Shown here one piece after another: positions 28,097-43,649 of a DNA stretch of 64,000 nt; the first letter of the stretch is position 1; each line of letters opens with the position of its first letter. This DNA is from the human T2T-CHM13v2.0 reference genome, Homo sapiens, in the NCBI RefSeq assembly GCF_009914755.1, contig NC_060928.1; one strand, given 5' to 3'. The notes under the pieces are model-generated. The model was not told the DNA's origin. It worked only from the letters and a program-made list of their open reading frames with translations, and made no database searches. The translations under genes were made by a program, and so were the position numbers.

Positions 28097-28411
28097 TTTT
28101 TTTTTTTTTTTTTTTGAGATGGAGTCTCACTCTGCCACCCAGGCTGGAGTGCAGTGGCTCAATCTTGGCTCACTGCAAGCTCTGCACCCCGGGTTCACGC
28201 CATTCTCCTGCCTCAGCCTCCTGAGTAGCTGGGACTACAGGCGCCCACCACCACGCCAGGCTAATTTTTTTGGGTTTTTTTTTTTGTATTTTTAGTAGAG
28301 ATGGAGTTTCACCGTGTTAGCCAGGATGGTCTCGATCTCCTGACATCGTGATCCGCCCTTCTCGGCCTCCCAAAGTGCTGGGATTACAGGTGTGAGATAC
28401 TGTACCCAGCC
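28097..28411 (-). mobile_element. AluY-type SINE inserted in HERV-L pol
   Basis: GCAAGCTC and TTCACGCCATTCTCC diagnostics; TSD TGACCATTTCTACCTT / TGACAATTTCTACCTT. Confidence 0.95.
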
Positions 28412-29846
28412 TGACAATTTCTACCTTCTATGCAAAGTGCACAACCAGTGCACTGCTCAAAGTTCTGCCCACTGGGAAGATTTCCCTTCACCCCTGTCCT
28501 TCAGGGATGTCCTAGAAAGGGGCTGTAATGTTGCAGCTGTCCACTTTCAGGTGATTCCTGCATATAGTAGAGAACCATCTGTGAACCAAGCCCTAGTCTC
28601 CTCTTCCTCTGTCAACTGATCATAGGGAACTCCCCATGAGCCCATCAGCACAGGCTAGGGGAGAGAAGGCACAGTAACACGAGTGGAGACCATGCACATT
28701 TGAGCCACTTCCTCATGTAACTTACTTGTGCCTTCAGGACCTATTTGAGCCTGATTGCATATATACCACTTCCATTTGATAATGGAATGCTGCTGTGCAT
28801 GGCCCACTTTATGGATAGATGGGTCAGAAAGCACCCAGTTCATGATAGGAAGTTCTGGTTGCATGGTGACTTCATGATCCATAGTCAAATGTTCAGTTTT
28901 CACCAAAGCCCAGTAACAGGCCAAGAGCTGTCTTTCAAAAGGAGAGTAGTTATCTGCAGAAGTTGGCAGAGCTTTGCTCCAAAATCCTAGAGGCCTCCAC
29001 TGTGATTCACCTATGGGGGCCTGCTAAAGGCTCCAAAGAGCATCCCTATCTGCCACTGACACCTCAAGCACCATTGGATCTGCTGGATCATATGACCCAA
29101 GTGACAGAGCAGCTTGCTCAGCAGCCTGGACCTATTGCAGAGCCTTCTTCTATTCTGAACCCCACTCAAAACTGGCAGCCTTTCGGGTCACTTGATAAAT
29201 GAACCAGAGTAACACACCCAAATGATGAATGTCTTGCCTCCAAAATCCTAATAGCCCCACTAGGCTGTGTACCTATTTCTTGGTGGTAGGAGGGGCCAAA
29301 TGAAGCAATTTATCCTTCACCTCAGAAGAAATACCTCGACAGCCCACATCACTAGACCCCTAGGAATTTTACTGAGGTAGAAGGTCCCTGAATTTTAGTC
29401 GGATTTATTTCCCATCTTCTGGCAAGCAAATGTCTCACCAGTAAGTCCAGTATGTTTGCTACTTCTTGCTCACTGGATCCAATCAGCATAATGTCATCAA
29501 TGTAATGGACCAGCGTGATATCTTGCAGAAGCAAAAAGTGATCAAGTTATCTCAGAATAAGATTATGACACAAAGCTGGAGAGTTGATATACCCCTAAGG
29601 TAGGATGGTAAAGGTATATTGCTGGCCTTTCTAGCTGAAGGCACATTGATTCTGGTGGGCCTTATGGACAGGAATGGAGAAAAAGGCATTTTCCAAGTCA
29701 ATGGCTGCATAACAGGTACCAGGAGATGTGTTAATTTGCTTAAGCAATGAAACCACATCTGGTACAGCAACTGCAATTGGAGTCACCACTTGGTTAAGCT
29801 TACAATAATCCACTGTCATTCTCCAAGATCCATCTGTCTTCTGCAC
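28412..29846 (-). pseudogene. HERV-L reverse transcriptase / tether / RNaseH, disrupted
   Basis: [38 protein letters not shown] (YIDD motif), SVKFLG and PELPIMNWVLSDP, split by stops and frameshifts. Confidence 0.9.
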
Positions 29847-30421
29847 AGGCCAAATGGGAAAGTTGAATGGGGATGTGGTGGGAAATCACCACCCCTGCAT
29901 CTTTCAAGTCCTTGATGGTGGCACGAATTTCTGCATTCCCTCCAGGGATGCAATATTGTTTTTGATTTACTATTTTTTCTAGGTAGCACCAGCTCTAATA
30001 GCTTCCATTTGGCCTTTCCTGCCATAATAGTCCTCACCCTACCAGTCAGGGAGCCAATGTAGGGGTTCTGCCAGCTTCTAAGTATGTCTATCACAATTAT
30101 GCATTCTGGCACTGGGGAAATGACCACAGGATGAGTCTGGGGACCCTCTGGACCCACTGTAAGTTGGACCTGAGCTAAAAGTCCATCAATTACCTGATCT
30201 CCATAAGCCCCTACTTTAACTGGAGGACCATGATGATGTTTTGAGTCTTCCAGAATCAATGTCAGCTCACAGCCAGTGTCCAGTAGTCTCTGAAATGTCT
30301 GATTATTTCCCTTTCCCCAATGCATAGTCACTCTGGTAAAAGGCCATACATCTCCTTGGGGAAGTATGGCAGAAAGATTCACTGCATAAATTGTCGGTAG
30401 TGTAGTGAGGTCCTTCCTCAA
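29847..30421 (-). pseudogene. HERV-L aspartic protease region
   Basis: ORF 29816-30421 contains LLDTGCELTLI and CIIVIDIL (degenerate GxD motif). Confidence 0.88.
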
Positions 30422-30499
30422 AGGGACCCAGCCTCCCCTTCATTCAAGTTCTAGGTCAGTAAACTGGCTCAAGTCTGGACATTAATTGAGGCGGTATAA

Positions 30500-31451
<952 letters not shown>

Positions 31452-32271
31452 CTAGATTTGGAGATGCTGCAGTTTCATTGACCACTTTCTGTTCTAAAAA
31501 TCCATTTCAAATGAGAATGCAGGGAAGGCAACTGAGAAGTGGAAATTTTGCTGTATTATTACGTATATTTAGAAATTCTGTAATTCTGTATCTCTTGCAA
31601 GTTCTTTTGTTTAACCCTTTCACATGTATGCACCTCTTTTTTTATTTTTATTTTTAACTCAATTGAATATATTTTTTGGCTTTGCTCTAACTTGGTACAG
31701 TTTTCTTATAATAATACTTTAACTCCATTGTTTTAAAGGACATACAGTACTAAAGTGATTCATGTCCCAATAAGAAAATGCTAAGTGCCTTGCTGCTTTT
31801 CTGGGCCTTGCTTTCCACATTTCTTTGCAGGTGAGAAGACAGAGCCTAAAACATAAAACCTGCTTAGGAGATTGAAAGAATGAGGCCTTCTTCCTGATGA
31901 ACAATTAACTGATTATGAGCTACTGTTACACCTGAAGAAAATGGTCACTGTTTTAGCTTTCATAAACTCTGAAGTGTCTATGTGACCTTTTGAAAAACCC
32001 TCAGCCAAATTCCAGTGAAATCTTCTCCTCTATTAGTCATGGCCTAGATTAATTCAAATGGGAAAAGGCAAAAGCGAAACTAAGTCAACCAACTGGAAAA
32101 AAATATCAGTGGGTGTCTTGAGGCTCTGACATAAACTAGAAACAGATGTACAACCTGCAATCTATGCGTATGATAAAAAAGAAAGAATTAGAAAATTTTC
32201 ACATTTTTGTTTTTTCCTTTGTATATGTAATTTGTATTCAAAGTTGATATGGCAAGATAAATGCTGGGAAG

Positions 32272-32330
32272 TTGTGTATGTGTGTATGTGTGGGCGCGCG
32301 CATGTGTGCGTGTGTGTGTGCACGTGTATG
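32272..32330. repeat. Imperfect (TG/CG)n alternating purine-pyrimidine tract
   Basis: TGTGTATGTGTGTATGTGTGGGCGCGCGCATGTGTGCGTGTGTGTGTGCACGTGTATG. Confidence 0.9.
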
Positions 32331-32964
32331 TTTTTTTTTTTAACATGTAGTTTCTTGCAGGTATCTGGAAATAACTAGTTTCCTTTGTTCTTTGTGTTGT
32401 GCATGATTGCCTCCTCAGAAAGATAAGCCAAAGGTTCTTTTTGGAAATGGGTAGCAATGTTTTCAGCATCTATAAGGAAGCTGCTGCAAAGACATTGGTA
32501 ACGTCAGCTGAAAAATCTGATTTTTGTGCTGAAGGTGGTGCTGCTATTGAAGTCCAAGGAATTGTCTACAGTCTTTGCTAAGATATCAGCTCCTTCTGCT
32601 GATAATTTTTACCCCATTATACTTGAGTACAATTCATAGTGCTTGGAGATCATTACAATATTAGCTCTCTCTGAAAAAAAGAACTACTTGTTATTTTCCT
32701 TATGAAACTACTTCAATAAACAAAGATTACTGTGCTTTTTTATGCATAAAGTATTTCATTTATGATATTTTGTGAAAATATGTTCAGGGCATGTTTTTGA
32801 AATAAAGAGATCAATACCTCAGCACCTCTAAAATCTGGAATAATAATTTAAGAGATTAAAAAATCCCTACTTGTTTTGATGTTGTATAGACTAACAAATC
32901 AGAGCTATAATTTCAATTTTATTTTAAAATTATGGAGAATCATTAGAAATTATTGTAGAGTGTT

Positions 32965-34415
<1,451 letters not shown>

Positions 34416-35087
34416 TTTGAATTTATTGTTACATATTTTAGAGTATATTCTTGGTTCTAAGTCAATTACTTTTTAAAGCAAACATAACAGATGAGTATTT
34501 AAGTAAACTTTATGCATATGGTAATAGAAACTTTGTGTCTTCGTCTCTCTGCTCACATCATTGCAAAAATAAGAATATGTTTAAGGTTTATTTTCCCCCA
34601 AATGTTATATTAAGTCCAGTCCTATAGGATATTAAATGTTATAGAAGTTAAGAGTTCCACAATCTGAGTTTTGAAAAATGCTGTGTAAAATTGTAACTGA
34701 TTATTTGATATAAAGCTTCTCAGTTCTATTTATGTGTTGATGTGAACGGTGAATCCACAAGAGAATGACTGTCTATGAAATTTGTTTGACACTTTTCTTG
34801 TGACATATTCATGGAATCTCATGGATAGTCTTCATAAGTTACTGGCATATGCCCCCACCCCCAAATTATGAAGGAGCTAAAATTTGCCATTAAAATGATA
34901 GAAGTATTTCAATTATAAAATTTTAGATAACTAAATAAAATAATATATATCCCCTTCACTTCTTAATAAAACATTTTGATATTTTATGTCATATCTTTTT
35001 TCAACAATTGTTTGTTGATCACATATTTAAATTTAGCAATTACCTGTGTGTCAAAGTATATTTTTCTACACATTAAAAACATAACTC

Positions 35088-36200
35088 CTGTTGACCGTTA
35101 ATTACTCCAAAACTAAAAGAAATAATTTGTCGAGCTAGGGAAGCTAAACTTACTGATTTATTGCAGTTAAGGGAAATACCAAGTTAACAGAATCTTAGAG
35201 AGAAATGATGGCACCTACATCAATATGTGGAGCTGAGCTGTCGTGGTATGTCACTGATATGGGTACCAAAGTGTATGGTATAGTTGACAATTATTAAATA
35301 GACTAGAAAGACTATTAAATAGACTGTTAAAAGACTATTAAATAGGCTAGAAAGAGAGTGAAATAATAGAGGTAAAAATTGCCTTAAAAAAAGAGAGGTT
35401 TTTGTTGGCTAGGATTTGGATACAGAGTTTCAGTCTGGCTTTGGCACAGGGAATCTTCACTCAGGAAAGATAAGACAGCAAATAATAAGTACTTTTACTG
35501 ATTGCTTCAGAAAATTCATGTAAATGATTTTTTTCCTGAGACAACGGTCTCAGGTCTTAGCTCATTTGGTTAAACAGCTCACTTATCAAGTAACAATTTA
35601 CTTATGAAGATTCACTTCAAGATCCTCATGTCACTGCATCCAACAACTCCACATTATTGTATTAAAAATGCCCATTCTCAATGATTTCTTTTCCTTAACA
35701 AACCTTGAAAACACCCACCTTAAACCACTTGAGCTTAGAAGCCCAAACTATCAATATCGCTGCCTAACTCCCCTCTTCTGAGACACTACTAACACAAGGT
35801 ATTCTGCTTTACTATAGTGTGTTCTAATAAACTTAGCTTCATTAATGATTGTTTGGTGATATTTTGGAAAATTCAAGTGGTGTCTCAAAATAGGGAATTT
35901 AAGTAAGAATAGTTCTAGGGTTTTAAGTCTTGGGCTGGGTGATTTTAGGATGAGGTTTGTAAGATATGGATTGGACAGAGTTTATATATACAGCTTTGGA
36001 TTGGTTAGCACAGCAAAGCGAGGGTTTTGAAACAATCTTGATAAGAAAGTTATTAGTCTTAATAAGGTGGTCTTTTTATTGGTTTATAGTCTTTTAGGAG
36101 TGAATACATATTTCGTTGAGCTGACATAATTTTTTTAAAAAGCTGGTATTGACACAGGGACAGAAAGCATCCTCACTCATGGGCAGATTTTAGTTCTCAC
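35088..36200. mobile_element. Degenerate, probably nested ERV1-type LTR remnants
   Basis: LTR-like 3' end CCCTCTTCTGAGACACTACTAA...CTAATAAACTTAGCTT...TTTTGGAAAATTCA at about 35770-35875; flanks look like a second, interrupted LTR. Family unresolved. Confidence 0.4.
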
Positions 36201-37299
36201 TCTCACATACATATACAATGAACACATGTTTGGACTAATTCATTACAAGAACATTTAAGGAACAGAGTTTTAATAGGCATTTACAGAAATTTAAGTTAAA
36301 AAAAGATTGCTAGATTAGCTCTAAAAATTGTATAATGTTTTACGAGATAATAAAATTGTGGCTTTTCTACTAGATAGAAATCCTGTAACTTCACAATAAT
36401 GGATTTTTAAATTAATATATAAATGTCAAGTTAAACAAAGGCATATTAACCTAGATAATTAAATAATCATTAGTTTGGCCTTTAAAAATGTTTTTGTATG
36501 GCATTAGAAGTGCATGCTGCCATCTGACTTATTTCAAGTTTTGGATAATTTAAAAATACTGATGATGTATCATTTGCATAAGAATTGAATTCCCTAATTG
36601 ACTATCAGCTCTACGAAGTCATTTTCTCATTGAAGGGATTAGACTACTTCACATAGTAAATGCTCAAGAAATTCCATTCCTACTGAATTGCCTTCCATTG
36701 AGCTCTTAAATTCAATGGTCCTATGTATTTGAATGCAGGCCTTTTGATTTTGAGATTTATGATTCAAGGTACTTACTATTTACTGTCTCATTTTATGCTT
36801 CACTTTCTGAATTCTCAGTGGCTGCAACTATAGCTATTAGGATCACAATTCTTTAGCATAAACAAGTTATAAAGACATGAATGAATACTAATAGACCTTA
36901 AATTAGTCAATTTTTATAATTAAATCTGAATAACTAAAATAAAATTTCAATAGTGAAGACTGTAAATTAAGTGGATAGTAATCTGAATATTTTAAGTTAG
37001 AAAAAATACTCAGCTTTATTTTTTTTCAAGCATTAACTGTCACTGATATGGGTACCAAAGTGTATGGTATTGTTAACAATTATTAAATAGACTAGAAAGA
37101 GAGTGAAGTAATAGAGGTAAAAATTGTCTTAAAAAAGAGAGGTTTTTGTTGGATAGGATTTGGATACATAGTTTCAGTCTGAAGAAAATAACTACTGAAA
37201 ACTTGAAGACAAGATTGAGCATTGAATGTTTGTATATGATGGTGGTGGGAAGGGAATATTAGGTAAAAATTAGGAGTAGTGGTGAGAAAACATAATGAG

Positions 37300-38340
37300 A
37301 AAATTTTATGTTCCAAAACAATTGAAGTTTGGAGAAGTGAAACCACCTTTTTATAAGCTCAAAAACCAGGATTAAAAACTTGATTTGATTTTATAAGTGT
37401 TGAAAATAGGACTGTCATACATTAGAAAACTAAACTGAACACAATGTTCAGAATGTAGATAAAATTAGATTGACAAGTTGAGAAGCTATTGCAATAACTC
37501 AAAAAAGAAGGTATGAGAGTTTGAATTAAAATGAAAGGACACATCTTAGACATTTTGATGAATATGTTTACAAGATTTGATGACTGATTGGATCTAAGAA
37601 AAGAAAAGAAGATAAGAGTCAAAGATAAATCTAAGACTTTTAATATTAGACCCTGAAATGAGGAGTTTGGTATGTGGAGATAGAATGGGGGCAGGATTTT
37701 GAATTTAATTTAGACATACAGAGTTCATGGTTTGGAGCATCAAATTGTCAGGTGGATGACTGGGAAAAGGCTCTATGTTAACAAAGAAATCTGAGCTTAA
37801 GATATGGATTTGAGAGTTAGGCATCATTCAACCTGTGAAAGTGAGAGATGTTTCTCTGATGGAAATAATATAGAACAATATGATCAGATGGTAAAGTTCA
37901 AGCCACAGGAGAAAATGGAGGATCAAGAACAGATATCAATTATTGTAAGGAGGAACAGAAGAAAAGGGCCTGGGGAAAGAATATTAGATTTGATGAGAAG
38001 AAAGCTATTCTTGGGAATGCAAATAAATTAAGATATGGAAAGGTAAGGAAATAAAAGCAATAGGTATAGATATAGACAATTCTTTCAAGAAACCTGACAG
38101 AGAAGTAATCACGAGGGCAAGGATGTGCACATGGGAGGTGATGTTAAACATGAGTATATGACAAAAAGTGCAAACAAGGACAAGATAGTTGAAGGAGTGC
38201 ATTAAGTTAGAGAAAGAAGGAGCCAATTCCCTCAGCAGTTAGAAAATAATGGGATCTAGATAGTAGGATTAATTTTAGAGAAAAGATTATTTCAAATGGA
38301 ATGGAAAGATGAGAAGATAAATACAAATGTGATATATTGA
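37300..38340 (-). mobile_element. L2 LINE remnant
   Basis: Purine-rich with L2-like motifs: AGTTGAGAAGCTATTGCAATAACTC, AAGATTTGATGACTGATTGGAT, GAGTCAAAGATAA, GACAATTCTTTCAAGAAA. Confidence 0.6.
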
Positions 38341-38358
38341 TGAAAAATTAGTATATGG

Positions 38359-40491
38359 ATATTAGTCCTTTGTTGGATGCATAGTTTGCAAATATGTATT
38401 CCCACTATGGATTGTCTGTTTACTTTGCTGATTGTTTCTTTTGCTGTGCAGAAAATTTTTAATTAGGTCCCATCTATTTATTTTTGTTTTTGTTGCATTT
38501 CTTTTGGGGTTTTTTGTCATGAGCTCTTTGCCTAAGCCATTGACTAGGAGAGTTTTTCCGATGTTATCTTCTAGAATTTTTATGGTTTCATGTCTTAGAT
38601 TCTAAGTCTTTGATTCACCTTGAGTTGATTTTTGTATAAGGTGAGAGATGAGGATTCAGTTTCATTCTCTACACGTGGCTTACCAATTATCCCAGCACCA
38701 TTTGTTCAAAAAGATGTCGTTTCCCACTTTATGTTTTTGTTTGCTTTGTCAAAGATCAGTTGGCTGTATGTGACTTTATTTCTGGATTCTCTTCTGTGTT
38801 CATCTGATCTATGCACCTATTTTTATACCAGTACCATGTTGTTTTGGTAACTACAGCCTTATAGTATAGTTTGAAGTCAGGTAATTGAGGCTTTCAGATT
38901 TGTCCTTTTTGCTTAGTCTTGTCTTGTTTTGGCTATGTGGGCTCCTTTTTGGTTCTTTATAAATTTTAGGATTTTTTTTTAGTTCTGTGAAAAATGACAA
39001 TGGTATTTTGATGGAAATTGCATTGAATTTGTAGATTGCTTTTGGCAGTTTGTGATAATTTTCACAATATTGATTCTCCTCATCCATGAGCATGAGATTT
39101 GTTTTCATTTGTTTGTGTCATCTATGATTTCATTCAACAGTATTTTGTAGTTTTCTTTGTAGAGATCTTTTACCTCCTTGGTTAGGTATATTCCTAAGTG
39201 TTTTAATAGTATTATTATTATTATTGCAGCTGTTGTAAAAAGGATTGAGTTCTCGATTTGATTCTCCACTTGGTCGTTGTTCGTGTACAGCAGTGCTACC
39301 GATTTTGTGTCCTGAAACTACTGAATTCATTTACCAGATCTAGGAGCTTTTTCCATGATTCTTTCAGGTTTTCTAAGTATGCAATCATATCATTGGCGAA
39401 TGGCAACAGTTTGATTTCCTCTTTACCAATTTGGATGCCCTTTATTTCCTTCTGTTATCTGATTGCTCTGGCTAGGAGTAACAGTACTGTGTTAAATAGA
39501 AATGGTGAAAGTGGGCATCCTTGGCTTGTTCCAATTCTCAGGGGGAATGCTTTCAACTTTTCCTCATTCAATATAATGTCAGCTGTGGGTTTGTCATAGA
39601 TGGCTTTTATTTCCTTGAGGTATCTCAAGCAAATTAACAAGTAAGAAAACAAATAATCCCACCAAAAAGTGGGCAATGGACATGAATAGAAAATTCTCAA
39701 AAGAAGGTACACAAATGGCCAACAAACATATAAAAAATGCTCAGCATCACTAATTATCAGGGAAATGAAGATTAAAACCACATGAGATACCATCTTACTG
39801 CTACAAAAATTACCATAATTTAAAAATTAAAAAATAATGGATCTTGGTGTGGATGTTGTGAAAAGGAAACACTTTTACACTGCTGGTGGAAATGTAAACT
39901 AGTACAACCACTATGCAAAACAGTATGGAGATTCCTTAAATAACTAAAAGTAGAACTACCATTCAATTCAGCAATCCCTCTACTAGGTATCTACCCAAAA
40001 AACAAGAAGTCATTATATGAAAAAGACACTTGCACATGCATATTTATAGCAGCACAATTTTCAATTGCAAAAATATGGAACCAGCCTAAATGCTCACGAA
40101 CCAATGAATGGATAAAGAAAATGTGGCATACATACACCATGGAATACTACTCAGCCATAAAAAGGAATCAAATAATGGCATTCACAGTGACCTGATAGAA
40201 TTGGATACCATTATTGTAAGTGAAGTAACTGAAGAATGGAAAACCATATATTATATATTCTCACTTATAAGTTGGAGCTCAGCTATGAGGACACAAAGGC
40301 ATAAGAATGATATAATGGACTTTGGGGACTTGGGGGGAATGGTGGGAAGGGGTGAGGGATAACAGGCTATACATTGGGTACAATGTACACTGCTCAGGTG
40401 ACATGTGCACCAAAATCTCAGCAATAACCACTGAAGAAATTATCCATGTAACCCAAAACCACCTGTTCCCTGAAAACTATTGAAATAAAAG
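38359..40491 (+). mobile_element. L1PB-type element, 5'-truncated with 5' inversion (antisense 38359-39623, sense 39624-40491)
   Basis: Antisense ORF2 pieces ([40 protein letters not shown]; LPKAIYKFNAISIKIP); sense ORF2 C-terminus and L1PB 3'UTR (CCAAAACCACCTGTTCCC...CTATTGAAATAAAA); perfect TSD AAATTAGTATATGG at 38345-38358 and 40492-40505. Confidence 0.95.
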
Positions 40492-41479
40492 AAATTAGTA
40501 TATGGTTTCAGAGAACAATTATGTAGACTTCATTTAGGTTGTCAGGCTGTCCAGTTATTGTGGAGTAATGCAATGTTTGGAAAGTAAAAGGAGTTGGGAA
40601 AGAAAAGAGAGTTTTTACATAGTGACAATGTATCTAGTCATGGTTTGAAAATCAGCCTGGAGAGGTAGCAGAATGCCCTTTCTTTCTACTCATTGCTATG
40701 GTGAACTGGATGTTCTTGGTGAAAACTTACAAAGATTTGTTTCATGAGCACAAATTTCTTTTGGGAAGGAATAGATTAAGACCTGAAGCACATTTGTTAC
40801 CATTTTAAATTTATAATGAACCTTTTGACAAGGTTGGATGGTAAAGAAAGTAACAAGGCTGCTGAAAGTAGAGAGAAAGAGAAGAACAAAAGGCTGGTGC
40901 CTGAGCTGAGAGTTGGAAAGTTGGAGGTCTCTTAAGGGGCTTACACTACGACATGGGTTGACCCGGCAGTCTTTTGGTTACCTTATGTGCTAAGAAGGAG
41001 CCATGCAGATGAATAAGTAAAATGCAAGTTATAAAGACTTACAACATTGAGGTTAGACCCATGGGACACTTCTTGTTGAGCATAAAATTGAAGACAGGTA
41101 TGTTCTCCCTTGCACCTGAGAAAACACTGCAAGACCATCAGTTGCACTGAAAGGGCTTTGTGCCAAACTGCTGTACTGTCCTAGTTTTAGCAATGAAATT
41201 AGGCCCTATTATTTACAACTATCAGAGCTACATTGGAAAAAACTGAAGTAAGCCAGCAAGGGGTGAGGCTTACATGTCAAGTCTGAGAGATTGGCCATAA
41301 TGGACACATCAGAGTTGGTGCAATAGGGAAGTCCTAGAAGACTCCATCAAATGATTACTTTGGGAGTAGTTTTTATGAATCCTCGGCAGAAAAACTTGGC
41401 AAAAGATTGTTTTTCCTGCCAGTTTGAACATGTAGAAACTGAGTTTTTATACATTGAGCATCAGGAAATTTGTGACCTT

Positions 41480-41589
41480 TTTGGTTAAGTTTTGTTTTGA
41501 GACAGGGTTTCACTCTGTCACCCAGGCTGGAGTGCAGTGGGTGATGAAGCTTACTGCAGCCTCAACCTTTCAGGCTCAAGTGATCCTCC
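41480..41589 (-). mobile_element. AluJ-type SINE, tail-side part (split by HERV9)
   Basis: TTTTGAGACAGGGTTTCACTCTGTCACCCAGG...GGCTCAAGTGATCCTCC; continues at 49181. Confidence 0.9.
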
Positions 41590-42294
41590 TGTGTCCAGAA
41601 TTGGTTCCTTCTGGTGGGTTCTTGGTCTCGCTGACTTCAAGAATGAAGCTGCAGACCCTCGCGGTGAGTGTTATAGTTCTTAAAGATGGTGTGTCCAGAG
41701 TGTGATCCTTCAGATGTTCAGATGTGTCAGGAGTTTCTTCCTTCTGGTGGGTTCGTGGTCTTGCTGACTTCAGGAGTAAAGCCGCAGACCTTCACAGTGA
41801 GTGTTACAGCTCTTAGAGTTGGCGCGTCCGGAGTTGTTCGTTCCTCCCAGTGGGTTCGTGGTCTCAATGACTTCAGGAGTGAAGCTGCAGACCTTTGCGG
41901 TGAGTGTTACAGCTCATAAAGATAGTGCAGACCCAAAGAGTGAGCAGCAGCAAGATTTATTGCAAAGAGTGAAAGAACAAAGCTTCCACAGTGGTGGAAG
42001 GGGACCCGAGTGTGTTGCTGCTGCTGGCTCGGGTGGCTAGCTTTTATTTCCTTATTTGGCCCCACCCACATCCTGCTGATTGGTCCATTTTTACAGAGTG
42101 CTGATTGGTGCCTTTACAAACCTTTAGCTAGACACAGAGTGCTGATTGGTGCGTTTTTACAGAGTGCTGATTGGTGCATTTACCAACCTTTAGCTAGACA
42201 CAGTGCTGATTGGTGCATTTACAATCCTTTAGCTAGAGAGAAAAGTTCTCCAAGTCCCCACCTGACCCAGAAGCCCAGCCAGCTTCACCTCTCA
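41590..42294 (-). mobile_element. LTR12-family 3' LTR of HERV9
   Basis: TGTGTCCAGAATTGG...CTTCACCTCTCA; U5-type ~72-bp repeats (CTGACTTCAGGAGTGAAGCTGCAGACC) and U3 GCTGATTGGTGC repeats; adjacent PPT (reverse complement TGTTTAGAGGGGGGAT). Confidence 0.95.
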
Positions 42295-43649
42295 ATCCCC
42301 CCTCTAAACAGGACACCCCAACTGCTGTTGGGAATTGGGTGATGACTACTCTAGCTACTTCCTGCTGGATAGTGGCAAAGAAGGGGCCCTGCAGTTGTAG
42401 TGTCCTCCACAGGGGAACTCTTTAGGCCAGTGAAAGGGCCAACAGGTTGGTCCAGGGGTCCTCGGTAGAAGTTGTTAGTTGAGCTCATTTGGGGTTCCAT
42501 TTGTAAGACAATCTGTAGCTTCATGGCCTTGATCTAGAGGAAACAAATTTGACAAGGAGGTTAAAAATACAGGGCCCGAAGGTGAGTAATAGCAAGATGG
42601 CTGCCATGGGACCTAGAAAGGGGAGAAGCCATGTTGCCCAACTCCAGAGGTTGGTATAAGAGTTTGAAAGGCATTGTCTGACTTCGGAAGCCTTTTCCTG
42701 TAAATGACAGGCAGCATCTCGTACTATCCCTGACTGGTTAGTGTAAAAGCAATACTCTTCCCCTAAGAAGAGTCAGCAGTGAGAGGTCTAGACCTCGGTG
42801 GTTTTGGAGAGTCACTGCTGCCAAAGAGCCTATTTGGGATTGTAGAGTAAGGATAGATTTTGTTATTTCTTGCAAACTGTCTGAGAAATCCTTTGAGACT
42901 GTGTGGTAGTAGGATAATGTATGTTACACTGTTAACTTTTAGCAAACTTTACTTCAGTTGAAAACCTTGTAAGTTTGGGATTTTAATTTTTCTTTGCTAT
43001 TAATAAAACTTCCTTCAGTCCATATTAACATAGAATTGGTATAGATGGCTCCTTTCTGATTCTGTAAGTACTTTAAGATTTGGCTGAGTGCAAACAACTT
43101 GCAGGTTTGGGCAGACCAATTATTAGGTAAGTTTCCTAAATGCTTCTATAAGAGTTTCCCTATCACTTACTGAATACCCATTGTGTCTTTTTTTTTCCCT
43201 TAATTGCCTGGAAGGAACCATCTATCATCCTGTCCTGAAGGGAGTTCCTCCTAGATCTGATCAGACCTTTGTATGGTAATTAATTAAGATTTAGATCCCC
43301 TGTTAGGAAACCTGCTGGGTTAAGGATTTTTGATAGGAAGACTATGAGTTGTCTGTGGCCTCAGTGCTTTCGGGCTATGCCCTTGTTTGCACTGACAACA
43401 AGGTGGTATTGGAGTGTTATAGAGTCATGGAGAAGATCTTCAATTATCAATTATAGGTTTTAAATTTACCCTGGCTTTTAAAGGAATAGGGTACACTCTT
43501 TTTTCTTTACTACTTCTTTCTCTCTCTGACTCCCTCTTTGTCTCTGTCTCTTTCTCTCTCTCTCTCTCTCTGACTTCCTGTCTCTTTCTCTCTTTCCTTT
43601 CTGCTGGTCTTTCCTTGCCTCTGCCAGCTGCTTATGCTGCTGTTCTCCC

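Noticed and set aside
41600-41920. Regularly spaced ~72-bp repeats that superficially resemble a CRISPR-like array (also 48490-48810)
   Set aside because: Known tandem sub-repeats of the LTR12 U5 region. The units are wholly homologous with no unique spacers, and the context is eukaryotic.
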